Source of the DNA: Octopus vulgaris
Taxonomy: Eukaryota
Reading direction: 5' to 3'
NCBI GenBank assembly: GCA_951406725.2
Contig: OX597836.1
Span: 31,620,001 to 31,684,000 of the forward strand
DNA: 64,000 bases
Numbering within the stretch: position 1 is the first letter of the stretch; each line of letters begins with the position of its first letter. This document shows, one piece after another, positions 53,574 to 64,000 of this stretch. The translations under genes were made by a program, and so were the position numbers. The notes beneath the pieces were generated by a model, which saw only the letters and a program-made list of their open reading frames with translations, had not been told where the DNA came from and searched no databases.

Positions 53574-54624
53574 CTGAAAATTAAAATTTTTTTTAAATTT
53601 TGAAATTAGGGAGAAAAATGCATTTGTCTTTATTTTTCAGGGTTTAAGAATATTAGGGAAAAAAATCGTAATTTTAAATTAAGAAAATATAAAAACAAAT
53701 GAAAAAATTAATCAAACATGCCTTTTTGAGAACTGGCCAAAAGTTAACAATCAGTAATAGACGCAGAAATAATAGAGTATCATTAACTAGATCAAAGATT
53801 TCTGACAAAGTCTTTTGGCGCTTTGTAAATTTAATTCTAATTTATACTCATACACAAAAAGTTACCAAATTTAGCTGACTACTAAACTTTGAAGGCTGTG
53901 TCATAATTACCAAATAGTAATTAAGACTAATGTGAAGACAAATGGCTCAGTGGTTAGAGTGTTGAGGGATGAAATATGGCGGTTCGGAGATGCAAACAGG
54001 GAAAAAAGAACTCAAAACATGAATGTGTGTGTGTGTGTATTTCTTTTTCTTTTTTCTTTTACTTGTTTCAGTCATTTGACTGCGGCCATGCTGGAGCACC
54101 GCCTTTAGTCGAGCAAATCGACCCCGGGACTTATTCTTTGTAAGCCCAGTACTTATTCTATCAGTCTCTTTTGCCGAACTGCTAAGTGACAGGGACGTAA
54201 ACACACCAACATCGGTTGTGAAGCAATGCTAGGGGGAGAAACACAGACATACAAACACACACACATATATATATATATACATATATACGACAGGCTTCTT
54301 TCAGTTTCCGTCTACCAAATCCACTCACAAGGCATTGGTCGGCCCGGGGCTATAGCAGAAGACACTTGCCCAAGATGCCACGCAGTGGGACTGAACCCGG
54401 AACCATGTGGTTGGTTAGCAAGCTACTTACCACACAGCCACTCCTGCGCCTATATATATATATATATATATGTTTATAATATTTTTTTTATTTTGCTAAG
54501 TGCAAATGCACGAAACTCTTGACTCTTTAATGAGTCTGTTGCTTCTACTAAATATCAGGTAGTGAATTCAATTCCAGGACAAAGCTGTGAAATGTGTTCT
54601 TGAGCAAGACACTTTATTTCAATC

Positions 54625-55066
54625 CAAGCGTGATTGTTGCCAGAGCGGGCTAACTGGCTTCTGTGCTGGTGGCACATAAAAAGCACCATTCGAGCGTGAT
54701 CGTTACCAGCGTTGCCTTACTGGCACTTGTGCCGGTGGCATGTGAAAAAACATTTGAGTGAGGTCATTGCCAGTGCCACTGGACTGGCTCCTGTGCAGGT
54801 GACACATAAAAAACACCATTTGAGCATGGCCGTTGCCAGTACCGGCTGACTGGCCCTCATGCCAGTGGCATGTAAAAGCACCCACTACACTCTCAGTGTG
54901 GTTGGTGTTAGGAAGGGCATCCAGCTGTAGAAACTCTGCCAGATCAGATTGGAGCCTGGTGCAGCTATCTGGTTCACCAGTCCCCAGTCAAATAGTCCAA
55001 CCCATGCTAGCATGGAAAGCAGGCATTAGATGATGATGAAGTTGATGATGATGATGATGATGATGA
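54625..55066 (+). mobile_element. SINE family C with ~60-bp 5' subrepeats and a (GAT)n tail. Other copies: 17625-17812+, 25810-26003+, 30638-30930-, 43500-43677+, 46000-46250+, 57930-58690 (split), 59262-59745-
   Basis: aaaagcacccactacactc...ggaagggcatccagc...ccaacccatgctagcatggaaa...gatgatgat. Confidence 0.85.
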
Positions 55067-55072
55067 ACTTAC

Positions 55073-55190
55073 CTGGTCATATTATCTGCATGACCATCTT
55101 GGTTTTGGTCATAGATGGGTCCAAGGACTACAGCAATGTCACCTTGGTAAGCATACTGCTTTATGGTGCTCCATAGAAACTTCCAGATGC
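55073..55190 (-). CDS. ENPP-family exon (nuclease-like domain, Ca-binding EF-hand-like loop)
   Basis: tttttag|GC...AG|gtaagt; 118 nt, phase 1->2; IWKFLWSTIKQYAYQGDIAVVLGPIYDQNQDGHADNMT matches IWRYF...VVSGPVFDFDYDGRCD. Confidence 0.92.
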
Positions 55191-55433
55191 CTAAAAATGT
55201 GTGGAAAGAATGTTATGGGTAAAATATTTTAAAAATTACTATCATGGAGGTGTATTTGCTATACATGTGATTTGATGTGGGCATGGCTGTGTGGTAAGAA
55301 ATTTGCTTGCGAACCACATGGTTTCAGGTTCAGTCCCACAGCATGACACTTTAGGCAAGTGTCTTCTACCATAGCCTCAGGTTGACCAAAGCCCTGTGAG
55401 TGAATTTGATAGACAGAAAATGAAAGCTGTCCA

Positions 55434-55543
<110 letters not shown>

Positions 55544-56134
55544 GATTTGTCCTCCACCACTGCTTGGCAACTTTGTTGGTGTGTTTACATCCCTATGACT
55601 TTGTGGTTGGGCAAAAGTGACCAACAGAATAAGGCCTAGCCCTAAAAAAGTAAGTCCTGGGGGACAATTTGTTCAACTAAAGACCCTTCAAGGTAATGCT
55701 CCAGCATGGCTGCAGTCAAACGACTGAAACAAAGGCTTGATAAAAGATGTGCTGAAACTAAAATGCTTGCAGCATGGAAGACACACGTTAGCCATTTAGA
55801 AACACACAGAGACTATTGATTTCACTTAAACACTTATTGTTTAAGAAGAAGTCTTATTTTACCTTGCAATTTTACAGAGATTTATGTAGCGGAAATAATT
55901 ATTCATTGAGCACAGACATGGCTGTGTTATTTAGAAGCTCACTTCACAGCCGAGTAGTTCTCAGTCAGATCCCATTAGCTGATACCCTGGGCATTTTTTT
56001 TTCTTGTTTTACTTGTTTCAGTCATTTTGTGAGCAATAAAAAGATAAATATTATTTTTCAAGTCCCTGCCTGGGATTGAACAGAAATCGACCCCGTTAGT
56101 CAAATAAAGGGTTGGGTTTGAAATTCCACCAGAA

Positions 56135-56176
56135 CACCTGAGGAAGGCTGGAAAGTACATCAGCTGAAATGTTGTG
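56135..56176 (+). ncRNA. Minimal hammerhead motif (same family as 52298)
   Basis: CAC-CUGAGGA-A-GGCUG...CAGCU-GAAA-UG-UU^GUG; downstream aacaacaaacaagatgaggac shared with the 52.3-kb copy. Confidence 0.6.
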
Positions 56177-56350
56177 ATAACAACAAACAAGATGAGGACA
56201 CCTATCTGTCCATTGTAAATAATGTATATAATTCCTCATCCCCAAAATATAGAAAAGTTTAATATACGATGAACAGAATAAAAATTGAATAGGTGTGATA
56301 TCATATGAGGGATAGTTAAGTTTTAACAGGCAAGAAATTAAAATTATTAC

Positions 56351-56419
56351 CATTCTTGAATCCTTCCATCATTGGTACAGTGTTGGAGGAGAGCATGCCT
56401 TCAGTGGCATTGAGGAAGT
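56351..56419 (-). CDS. ENPP-family exon (nuclease-like domain)
   Basis: ccacag|AC...AAT G|gtaata; 69 nt, phase 1->1; (D)FLNATEGMLSSNTVPMMEGFKN(G) matches ENPP1 SEALLTTNIVPMYQSF. Confidence 0.88.
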
Positions 56420-56729
56420 CTGTGGATATCATTATGAGAACAATATAAATTATCAACTGATTTTCATAGTATTCAGGTTTAGGTTTACTTGCTTAATGAT
56501 AGAAAGAGCATTTAGCTATAGAAAATCTTTCTCAATAAATTGTGTCTAATCCATGAAGGCATGCGAAAGTGGACATGAATGATGATGATAGTTGAGAAGG
56601 AAGTCTAAATTTACTGCATGTGACTTGCCCAAATTGGTTTTAACCGGGTAATCCAAGGACCACAGCCATTCAAACTGATAGTTTAACAACTTTCCAAGCA
56701 AAATCAACCATGAAATAGCAGCAAATATA

Positions 56730-57022
56730 TGATCAATCAGATGTCATTGCAGAATACCACCACACAAAGCTACGATGGACTGGTCATGTTGCAAGGTTCA
56801 CAGACCATCAGTGGACCTGTGCAATTGTTGAGTGGTACCTGCATGAACAGAAAGGACCACTTGAAAGGCTTCCAATCAGGTGGGAAGATGACTTAAGAAA
56901 GGTGTTTGGAACAACATGGAGAAGAATGGTGAGAGCATGAGGGGAATGGAGCAAATGCTGTGGCCAGTGGAGCTGACTCAGTACCAGAGTCTGGCCAATC
57001 CATGTTATCCAGGTGATGATCA
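56730..57022 (+). mobile_element. RTE-clade LINE 3' fragment
   Basis: KLRWTGHVARFTDHQWT..IVEW...PIRWEDDLRKVFGTTW, a typical RTE C-terminus. Confidence 0.8.
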
Positions 57023-58370
57023 AACATATTCTAGGTCATGATCTAAAGACATTTAGCATTTTACCCTTTTGATACCAACCCAGCTGAAACTGGCTCTGGC
57101 TCTGTAATACAAATATCTTGTTTTCATAAGTTTTGAATTAAAACCTTCCATCAAATCTTAGTTATAATTTATGTTCCTGACACTAGCTTAATGATAACTA
57201 AGTTATTTTACTAAATTCTTTGTTATATTTAAAATTAATTGAAAGAAACACTGAGCATCACAACAGAAAAATAACAAAAGTTTAAAATATATAATAGAGA
57301 AACAATTCTTAACCCTTTTGATACCAACCTGCCTGAAACCTGCTCTGGCTCTGTAGTACAAACATCTTGTTTTCATAAGCTCTGAATTAAAATCTTCCAT
57401 CAAACCTTAGTCACAATTTAAGTTCCTAACACTAGCTTAATGATAACTAAGTTATTTTACTAAATTCTTTCTTACATTTAAAATTAATTGAAAGAACCAC
57501 AGAGCATTTCACAAAATAAATACGGTAACAAAACGGTTAAACAGGTCAAATCCAGCTCAAATATTCTGCTTGTTTTATGTTCAAACTGGCCGGATCCAGC
57601 CTCTCGCACAATGTCATTCTAAAACTAATCAGTCACATCACCAAACTCTTAAAGCTACAAGATAATGTATGATTAATTCTGAACAATGCAAATAAATAAG
57701 CATTACATTTGATGGAATAATTCGAATGCTAAATGGTTAAAGAATAAATATGTGATGAATCTAAAAAAACAAACAACAAATCTTCTCATTTATCCAGATT
57801 ATTGTTGAAAGGTAAATTTTACTTTGCATCATTCTGGAGCAATTGAGATGAAGTATTAATCAAATACTGGAGTTTTGTTTTACTCTTCTCCAAAATGTGT
57901 GAACTTGTTTCAGTTTTAGAATACAACATAAGCACCATTCAAGCGTGGGATGATGCTAGTACCGCCTGACTGGCTCTCCATGCTAGTGGCACATAAAAAG
58001 CATCATCCGAATGTGGTTGATGCCAGTATCTGCTGACCGGCTCTCATGATGGTGGCATGTAAAAAGCATCCACTACACTCTCGGAGTTATGAAGGGCATC
58101 CAGCTGTTGAAACTTTGCCGAGAGTGTAGTGGGTGCTTTTTACATGTGACCAGCACGAAGGCCAGTCAGGTGGTACTAGCATCAACCACGCTCGAATGGT
58201 GCTTTTTACATGCCATGGGAACGGGAGCCAGTCAGGCAGTACTGGAGACAACCATGCTCGAATGGTGCATTTTACCTGCCATTGGCATGGCAGCCAGTGA
58301 GGTGCCACTGGCAACGAACATAAAAACATATTGGACAGAGAAACATCACTGAAATATATAATGGAATTAC

Positions 58371-58488
58371 CGAGATTGAATAGATGACCAGTGTTCTTCA
58401 TTTTTGCAACAGTGTGTCCCCATAGACTTTTGTTTAGTCTGGTATCAAGGAAAAGACATTTCTTATTTAATTGCACATTATTATCCTC
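58371..58488 (-). CDS. ENPP-family gene, first exon seen in window (nuclease-like domain)
   Basis: ctgtctttgcag|GAG...CTC G|gtaatt; 118 nt, phase 0->1; EDNNVQLNKKCLFLDTRLNKSLWGHTVAKMKNTGHLFNL resembles the ENPP1 CLYQDxR...GFL region. Confidence 0.8.
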
Positions 58489-58903
58489 CTGCAAAGACAG
58501 AACAAAAGTGAAAAAATCAATAAAATAAAATAAAAACAATGAAATAAATTTTAAAAAATATAAATAAAATAAATCAGACTGGAGTCTGGTGTAGCCCCTC
58601 AGCTTACCAGCCCTGGCCAAATCGCCCAACCCATGCCAACATGGACAATGGACGTTAAATGATAATGATGATGATGATGATGATGATAATTTGTTCTTTT
58701 AAAAAAATATTCTTATTAAAATAGAAATTTAAATAAATGCGAAAAGAATAGGAAGCTTCTCAATGCTCAGTTTGAACAAAAGTTACAATTTTGGCGAAAA
58801 TAAATATGTACACACACACACACACATACACACGTGTGCACACACAACTAAACAGGACAGGATGGGATGGAAATGTCAGTTCACAACGCCACTTCTCCAA
58901 AAA

Positions 58904-58941
58904 TTTCCTGAAGAAGAGGTCTTAACCCCGAAATATTGAAA
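58904..58941 (+). ncRNA. Ultra-minimal hammerhead-like motif
   Basis: UUUC-CUGAAGA-A-GAGGU cuua ACCCC-GAAA-UA-UU^GAAA; homologous copy at 11851. Confidence 0.55.
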
Positions 58942-59849
58942 AACAAGGTTAAAGCACAAACCACTGACTTGTATTATTTCTCATAACTTGCATTGTTTTG
59001 GGATTTATAAAACGTAAAATTAAAATCATTTAAATGTAAATTTGATTATTGCTCGTTTTGTAATAAATATTCGTTTTAGTTTTACTTGCTTCAGTCACTT
59101 TATTGCTGAGCTATGCTGAAACATCATGTTGAAGAGTTGTTAACCATTAAGTGCAAAGGCACTTAGGTAAGGGAGTCAGGCTCATGGTCATAAAGTCAGG
59201 GGTTTGAATCCTGGTCCGGTTGGCTAGTGCAATATGTCCTTTCAAAAAGCATTTCAGCACTTCATCATCATCATCATCATTTAGCGTCCACTTTCCATGC
59301 TAGCATGGGTTGGACGGTTCAACTGGGGTCTGGAAAGCCAGAAGGCTGCACCAGGCCCAGTCTGATCTGGCATTGTTTCTACGGCTGAATGCCCTTCCTA
59401 ACGCCAACCACTCCATGAGTGTAGTGGGTGCTCAATAGAATCAATTTGATTTTAATCGTTATCATTTACATGTCCGCTTTCCATGCTAGTATGGGTTGGA
59501 CGGTTCAACTGGGGTCTGGGAAGCCAAAAGGCTGCACCAGGCCCAGTTTGATCTGGCAATGATTCTATGGCTGGATTCCCTTCCTAACGCCAACCACTCC
59601 ATGAGTGTAGTGGGTGCTTTCTATGTGCCACCGGCACAGGTGCCAGACGAGGCTGGCAAACAGCCACGATCGGATGGTACTTTTTATGTGCCATCAGCAT
59701 GGGGGCCAGGCGAGGCTGGCAACGGCCACGATCGCATGGTGCTTCATGTAAAATGTCACATGTTGTGGAAAGGTGCTGATGATATTTGAATATTTACACT
59801 ATATACTACATTGAATTCTATGTCAGAAAATACAGTAAATGAATGGCCA

Positions 59850-60335
59850 GCGTATCTGAGTTTCTATCAAATTTAGAAAAATAAACATCATTGTTTGGAA
59901 AATTAAATGCAAATTTGATTTTCTTTCGTTTTTGATAATTTAACTGATATATTTTGAAGTGAAACTTAGCATTTGTTGAATTTACTTGATTTATAATTCA
60001 CTAAAGTTATATGCAAATGAATGAAAAACATATCTTTAAGTTTCAGTCAATCAAATTTGGTAAAAATAAATATAATTATTGGAAAATTATATCTGCGTTT
60101 GATTTCTTCTCAGTTTTTTGGTTTTGCTGATATGTTTGGAAATAAAGTTAACATTTAAAAAAATTTACTTGGTTTTATATTTGCAAAATTTACATATAAA
60201 CGAACCAAAGAGTATCTTTGAGTTGCTATCAAATTTGGCAAAATTAAATATAAATGTTGGAAAATCCAATGTAAACTTGATGCTTACACGTTTTAAAATT
60301 ATTTCATTGATAATATGTTTCAAGTAGATTTAACA
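59850..60335. repeat. Degenerate ~180-bp tandem repeat (~2.7 units)
   Basis: tatct..agtt...atcaaattt.g.aaaa at ~59853, 60031 and 60213. Confidence 0.7.
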
Positions 60336-61197
60336 TTTTCGTTTTCAAAACTAGCTGCTAAACACTCACTAATATATCTATTCAGACAGAAAAATTATCT
60401 GTTATTTCATTAAAAAGAAACTTTTATAGTAACTTTGCTTGGTTTAGTGGAGGCGCAATGGCCCAGTGGTTAGAGCAGCGGACTAACAGTTGGAGGGTTG
60501 TGGTTTCGATTCCCAGACTGGATATTGCGTGTGTTTATTGAGCGAAAACACCTAAAAGCTCCACGTGACTCCAGCAGGGGGTGGTGGCGACCCCTGTTGT
60601 ACTCTTTTGCCACATCTTTCTTCACTCTTTCTTCCTGTTTCTTGAGTAACGCTGCGATGGACTGGCGTCCTGTCCAGCTGGAGGGAACACATATGCCACA
60701 GAAACCAGGAAACCAGGACCATGAGCCTGGCTAGGCTTGAAAAGGTCCTAGCCAGGCTCATGACACATAAATAAATAAATTGCTTGGTTTAACCAATATT
60801 CTACTTTACTAATACTACTCTTACCACTGAGGTGGTGAGCTGGCAGCATTGTTCGGACACCAGACAAAAATGCTTTATAGCATTTCGGTTGTCCTTAAAA
60901 TCTTTAAATCCTTAAAAATGTTTTAGCCCGAAGGCCGCGGCCATGCTGGGGCACCACCGCTGTGTTTATGTTCTGAGTTCAAATTCCAACAAGTTTGACT
61001 TTGCTGTTTATCCTTTTGGGGATCAATAAAATTAAGTACCAGTTGAACACTGGGGTCAATGTTATCAACTTAACCCTCCCCTGATCTTGCTGGCCTTGAG
61101 CGAAAGTTTAAAACCAATTCTACTCTTAACAGGGGCTATATTTTCCCTTTATCATTCCTTTTATCTGTTTCAGTCTCTGGTCTGTAGCCATGCTGAG

Positions 61198-61618
61198 GCT
61201 GAATCCCAAAAGACATTCTCTACGGAGAACTCACAGCAGGACAGAGGAACTAGGGCCGCCTGCAGCTGAGGTACAAGGACATGTGCAGCAGGGACATGAA
61301 GGCGCTCAACATCGACATCAACTCCTGAGAGGACTTGGCAGCAGACCACACCAGGTGGAAAAGCACACTTCTCAAACAGGTATAGATTGGTGAAGAGAAG
61401 CTGTCAGCTGCTGAAAAGCAAGCCCAACATAAGGGATCAACAGCCAACAGACCAGAATCCACACACAGATGCGATCTATGCGACCAAGACTGTCATTTTT
61501 GCATTGGTCTCCATAGCCAGAGGAGGCGTTGCTCAAGGCGAGCGGCCCAACATGGACAATGAATGATTGGACATGATACCCATGGTCAGCCATCACTGAA
61601 GGTGGCCTGAGAAGAAGA
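61198..61618 (+). mobile_element. RTE-clade LINE 3' fragment
   Basis: IPKDILYGEL...LRYKD...DMKALNI...DLAADHTRWK...CDLCDQDC..IGLHS (C2H2 remnant), with stops and a (GAA) tail. Confidence 0.85.
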
Positions 61619-61786
61619 TGTTATTGTTGCAAAACGAAATATTGTGTCTTTGCTAGCAATTAATATTTATGTACCAGCTGCTAGGAATGTGTTTGATATG
61701 TAAATTAGTTTATTCAGTTGTATTACACTGCTAAACTTAGTGGTTATTTTAGCAATACGCTCATGTAAAGCCGAAGGGTTGGATTT

Positions 61787-61831
61787 GGTGTTGATGAGAG
61801 AGCAATAACTTTCGAAATATGCATATACACT
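61787..61831 (+). ncRNA. Type I hammerhead ribozyme motif (C3U variant)
   Basis: GGUG-UUGAUGA-GAGAG caauaa CUUUC-GAAA-UAUGCAUA-UA^CACU. Confidence 0.72.
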
Positions 61832-62194
61832 CATTACCCATTTTTTATATCTTCAATCGCATTGTTTACTTAAGCATATTCATATACGATACATTGTAAT
61901 TTATAGTTCAGCCTCTGAATTTTATACAGAATCTATAATTTATTACTTAAAAAGGATAATTTCACACTGCTAATGCAGAAAGTAAGAAATAAAATTGACG
62001 TGCAAACCTTTAATATACTTGGTAGTATGCTATCATTGCAAAATTAAATACTGTGTCTTTGCTAGTAATTAATATTTACATACCAACAGCCAAGAATGTG
62101 TTTGATATGTAAATTTGTATATTCATTAGTGTTACACTGCTAAATTTAGAGGGTATTTTAGCAATACGTTCATGGAGAGCTGAAGAATTGGATG

Positions 62195-62242
62195 TGATGC
62201 TGATGAAAGAGCAATAACTCTTGAAATATGCATATACACTCA
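62195..62242 (+). ncRNA. Type I hammerhead ribozyme motif, canonical core
   Basis: UGAUG-CUGAUGA-AAGAG caauaa CUCUU-GAAA-UAUGCAUA-UA^CACUCA; stem I has one bulge; palindromic stem III. Confidence 0.8.
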
Positions 62243-62479
62243 TTACCTATATTTTGCACCTTCGATTGCATTGTTTATATGGGTGAATTTGCATATAAAA
62301 AGTCCTAAATTACAGTGCTTGCTCTGAATTCTATAGAAAATATATAGTTTATCATTTAAAAAGGAAAATATAGCACTGCTAACACAAAAACTAAGATACA
62401 TTATTGACATGTAAAACTTTAAAATACTTGTTGTATATTAGGACTGTAAAATATAATACTGTGTCCTTGCTAGTAATTA

Positions 62480-62770
62480 ATAAATTTTTAAAATTCCTAG
62501 AATATTTAACAAAGTTTAACATAACAAAAAACTTGAATAACTATATTAATATTCCAAGAATATGTAGCTTGTATCTTAACATTCTAAGAATACATAAAAT
62601 ACAGCTTAATGTTCCAAAAATAAGCAATACATGTGTTGACATTCCAAAAACATTTAGCATAAATTTTACAATTTCAAGGATATATATCTCAATCTTATAA
62701 ATACAGTTAACATAAATCTTCACATATGAAGAAAATGTAACATAGAATATTTTAATGTAAGATACATTTG
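62480..62770. repeat. Degenerate 30-bp minisatellite
   Basis: aatattccaagaata / aacattctaagaata / aatgttccaaaaata / gacattccaaaaaca at 30-bp spacing. Confidence 0.7.
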
Positions 62771-63919
62771 CTTGAACATATATCATAAGCTGAAGAATAT
62801 TACAGAAATAATCATTGACTAATATAGTATTTTTCTATTTTATCTCACTACATAAATATTACTAGTTAGGTTTTAATGCTAAACGGACACTAATTTAACT
62901 ATTAAGAATCTTTTGACTAACCAGACAGCACACTTGACAAAATATATAAGATACGAAATAAGCTACGAAATGGTTCGAGTGTGGCTGTGTGGTAAGAAGT
63001 TTGTTTCCCAACCACATCACTCTGGGTTCAGTCTCACTGTGTGGCATCTTGGGCTAGTGTCTTCTACTGTAACTCTGAGCTTACCAAAACCTTGTGAGGA
63101 GATTTGGTAGACAGAAACTGAAAGAAGCTTCAGAAACTGAAAGGCAGAAACATTAGCACACCGGGCGAAATGCTTAGCAGTATTTCGTCTGCCGTTACGT
63201 TCTGAGTTCAAATTCCGCTGAGGTCGACTTTGCCTTTCATCCTTTCGGGGTCAATAAATTAAGTACCAGTTACGCACTGGGGTCGATGTAATCGACTTAA
63301 TCCGTTTGTCTGTCCTTGTTTGTCCCCTCTATATTTAGCTCCTTGTGGGCAATAAAGAAATAAGAAATTAGAAACTGAAAGAAGCTTGTCATATTGGCCC
63401 CTTGTGGGTAGTAAAGAAATAGGTATTTTGTCTGCCGTTACGTTCTGAGTTCAAATTTTGCTGAGGTTGACTTTGCCTTTTATTCTTTCAGGGTCGATAA
63501 ATTCAGTACCACTCACGTACTTGTCATATTGGCAGAATGTTTGGGCTAAATTTGGTAGTTAGCGTAAAAGGAAAAGGAAACAAAATCCCATTCAAGAAAA
63601 AAAGCATTTAAAAAAATCAAAAAGTATCAATTAGATTGTGGAGGTACGTGGCTTAGTGGTTAGGGTGTCAGCATCTTGATCGTAAGATTGTGGTTTCGAT
63701 TCCTGGACTGGGTGAAGCGTTGTGTTCTTGAGCAAAACACTTCATTTCACATTGCTCCAGTCCATTCAGCTGGCAAAAATGAGTAACGCTGTGATGGACT
63801 GGTGTCCCATCCAGCTGGGGAACATATATGCCATAGAAACCAGGAAACCGGGCCCATGAGCCTGGCTAGGCTTTAAAAGGGCACATTTATTATTATTTTA
63901 TTATCAACTAGATTTTGGC

Positions 63920-64000
63920 TGGGAGATAACAGTTTGTTCAAAGTAACCACCTTCAGCTTTCACTATAGCCTCAAGAACCTGGTGCATGCATCCCTCATTG
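63920..64000 (-). mobile_element. Tc1/mariner transposase C-terminal remnant
   Basis: ACTRF / LEAIVKAEGGYFEQ (frameshifted); runs off the window. Confidence 0.6.

Larger units (their letters stand above)
61622..62482 (+). repeat. ~409-bp head-to-tail repeat (about 2.1 units), one hammerhead per unit
   Basis: tgtgtc(t/c)ttgctag at 61643, 62052 and 62460; gaaatatgcatatacactcattacc at 61814 and 62223. Confidence 0.9.

Noticed and set aside
60720-60762. 16-bp perfect hairpin resembling a terminator
   Set aside because: A local inverted duplication of the SINE 3' end (compare 63855-63885).

Overview
AT-rich, very repeat-dense metazoan genomic DNA. The SINE and microsatellite repertoire suggests a cephalopod (Octopus-like); this is inference. 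One spliced gene crosses the window on the minus strand. I read 14 phase-compatible GT-AG exons (58488->4385, 1584 nt, 528 aa, open throughout, no start or stop in the window) encoding an ENPP1/2/3-family ectonucleotide pyrophosphatase/phosphodiesterase. The domain order is unusual: a nuclease-like domain reads without a stop into a further PDE domain whose catalytic and Zn-binding residues are remodelled, consistent with a tandem multi-module ENPP. The introns hold tRNA-derived SINEs, R4/Dong-type and RTE LINE pieces, Penelope-like remnants, MITEs (mariner, Tigger, hAT, TTAA-type), a Helitron and long microsatellites. The most striking hidden signal is about 12 minimal type I hammerhead-ribozyme motifs of roughly 8 sequence families. 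They include a 409-bp head-to-tail repeat with one hammerhead per unit (retrozyme-like) and a 433-bp palindrome with a hammerhead on each strand. All exons and RNA folds were read by eye and need computational or experimental confirmation.
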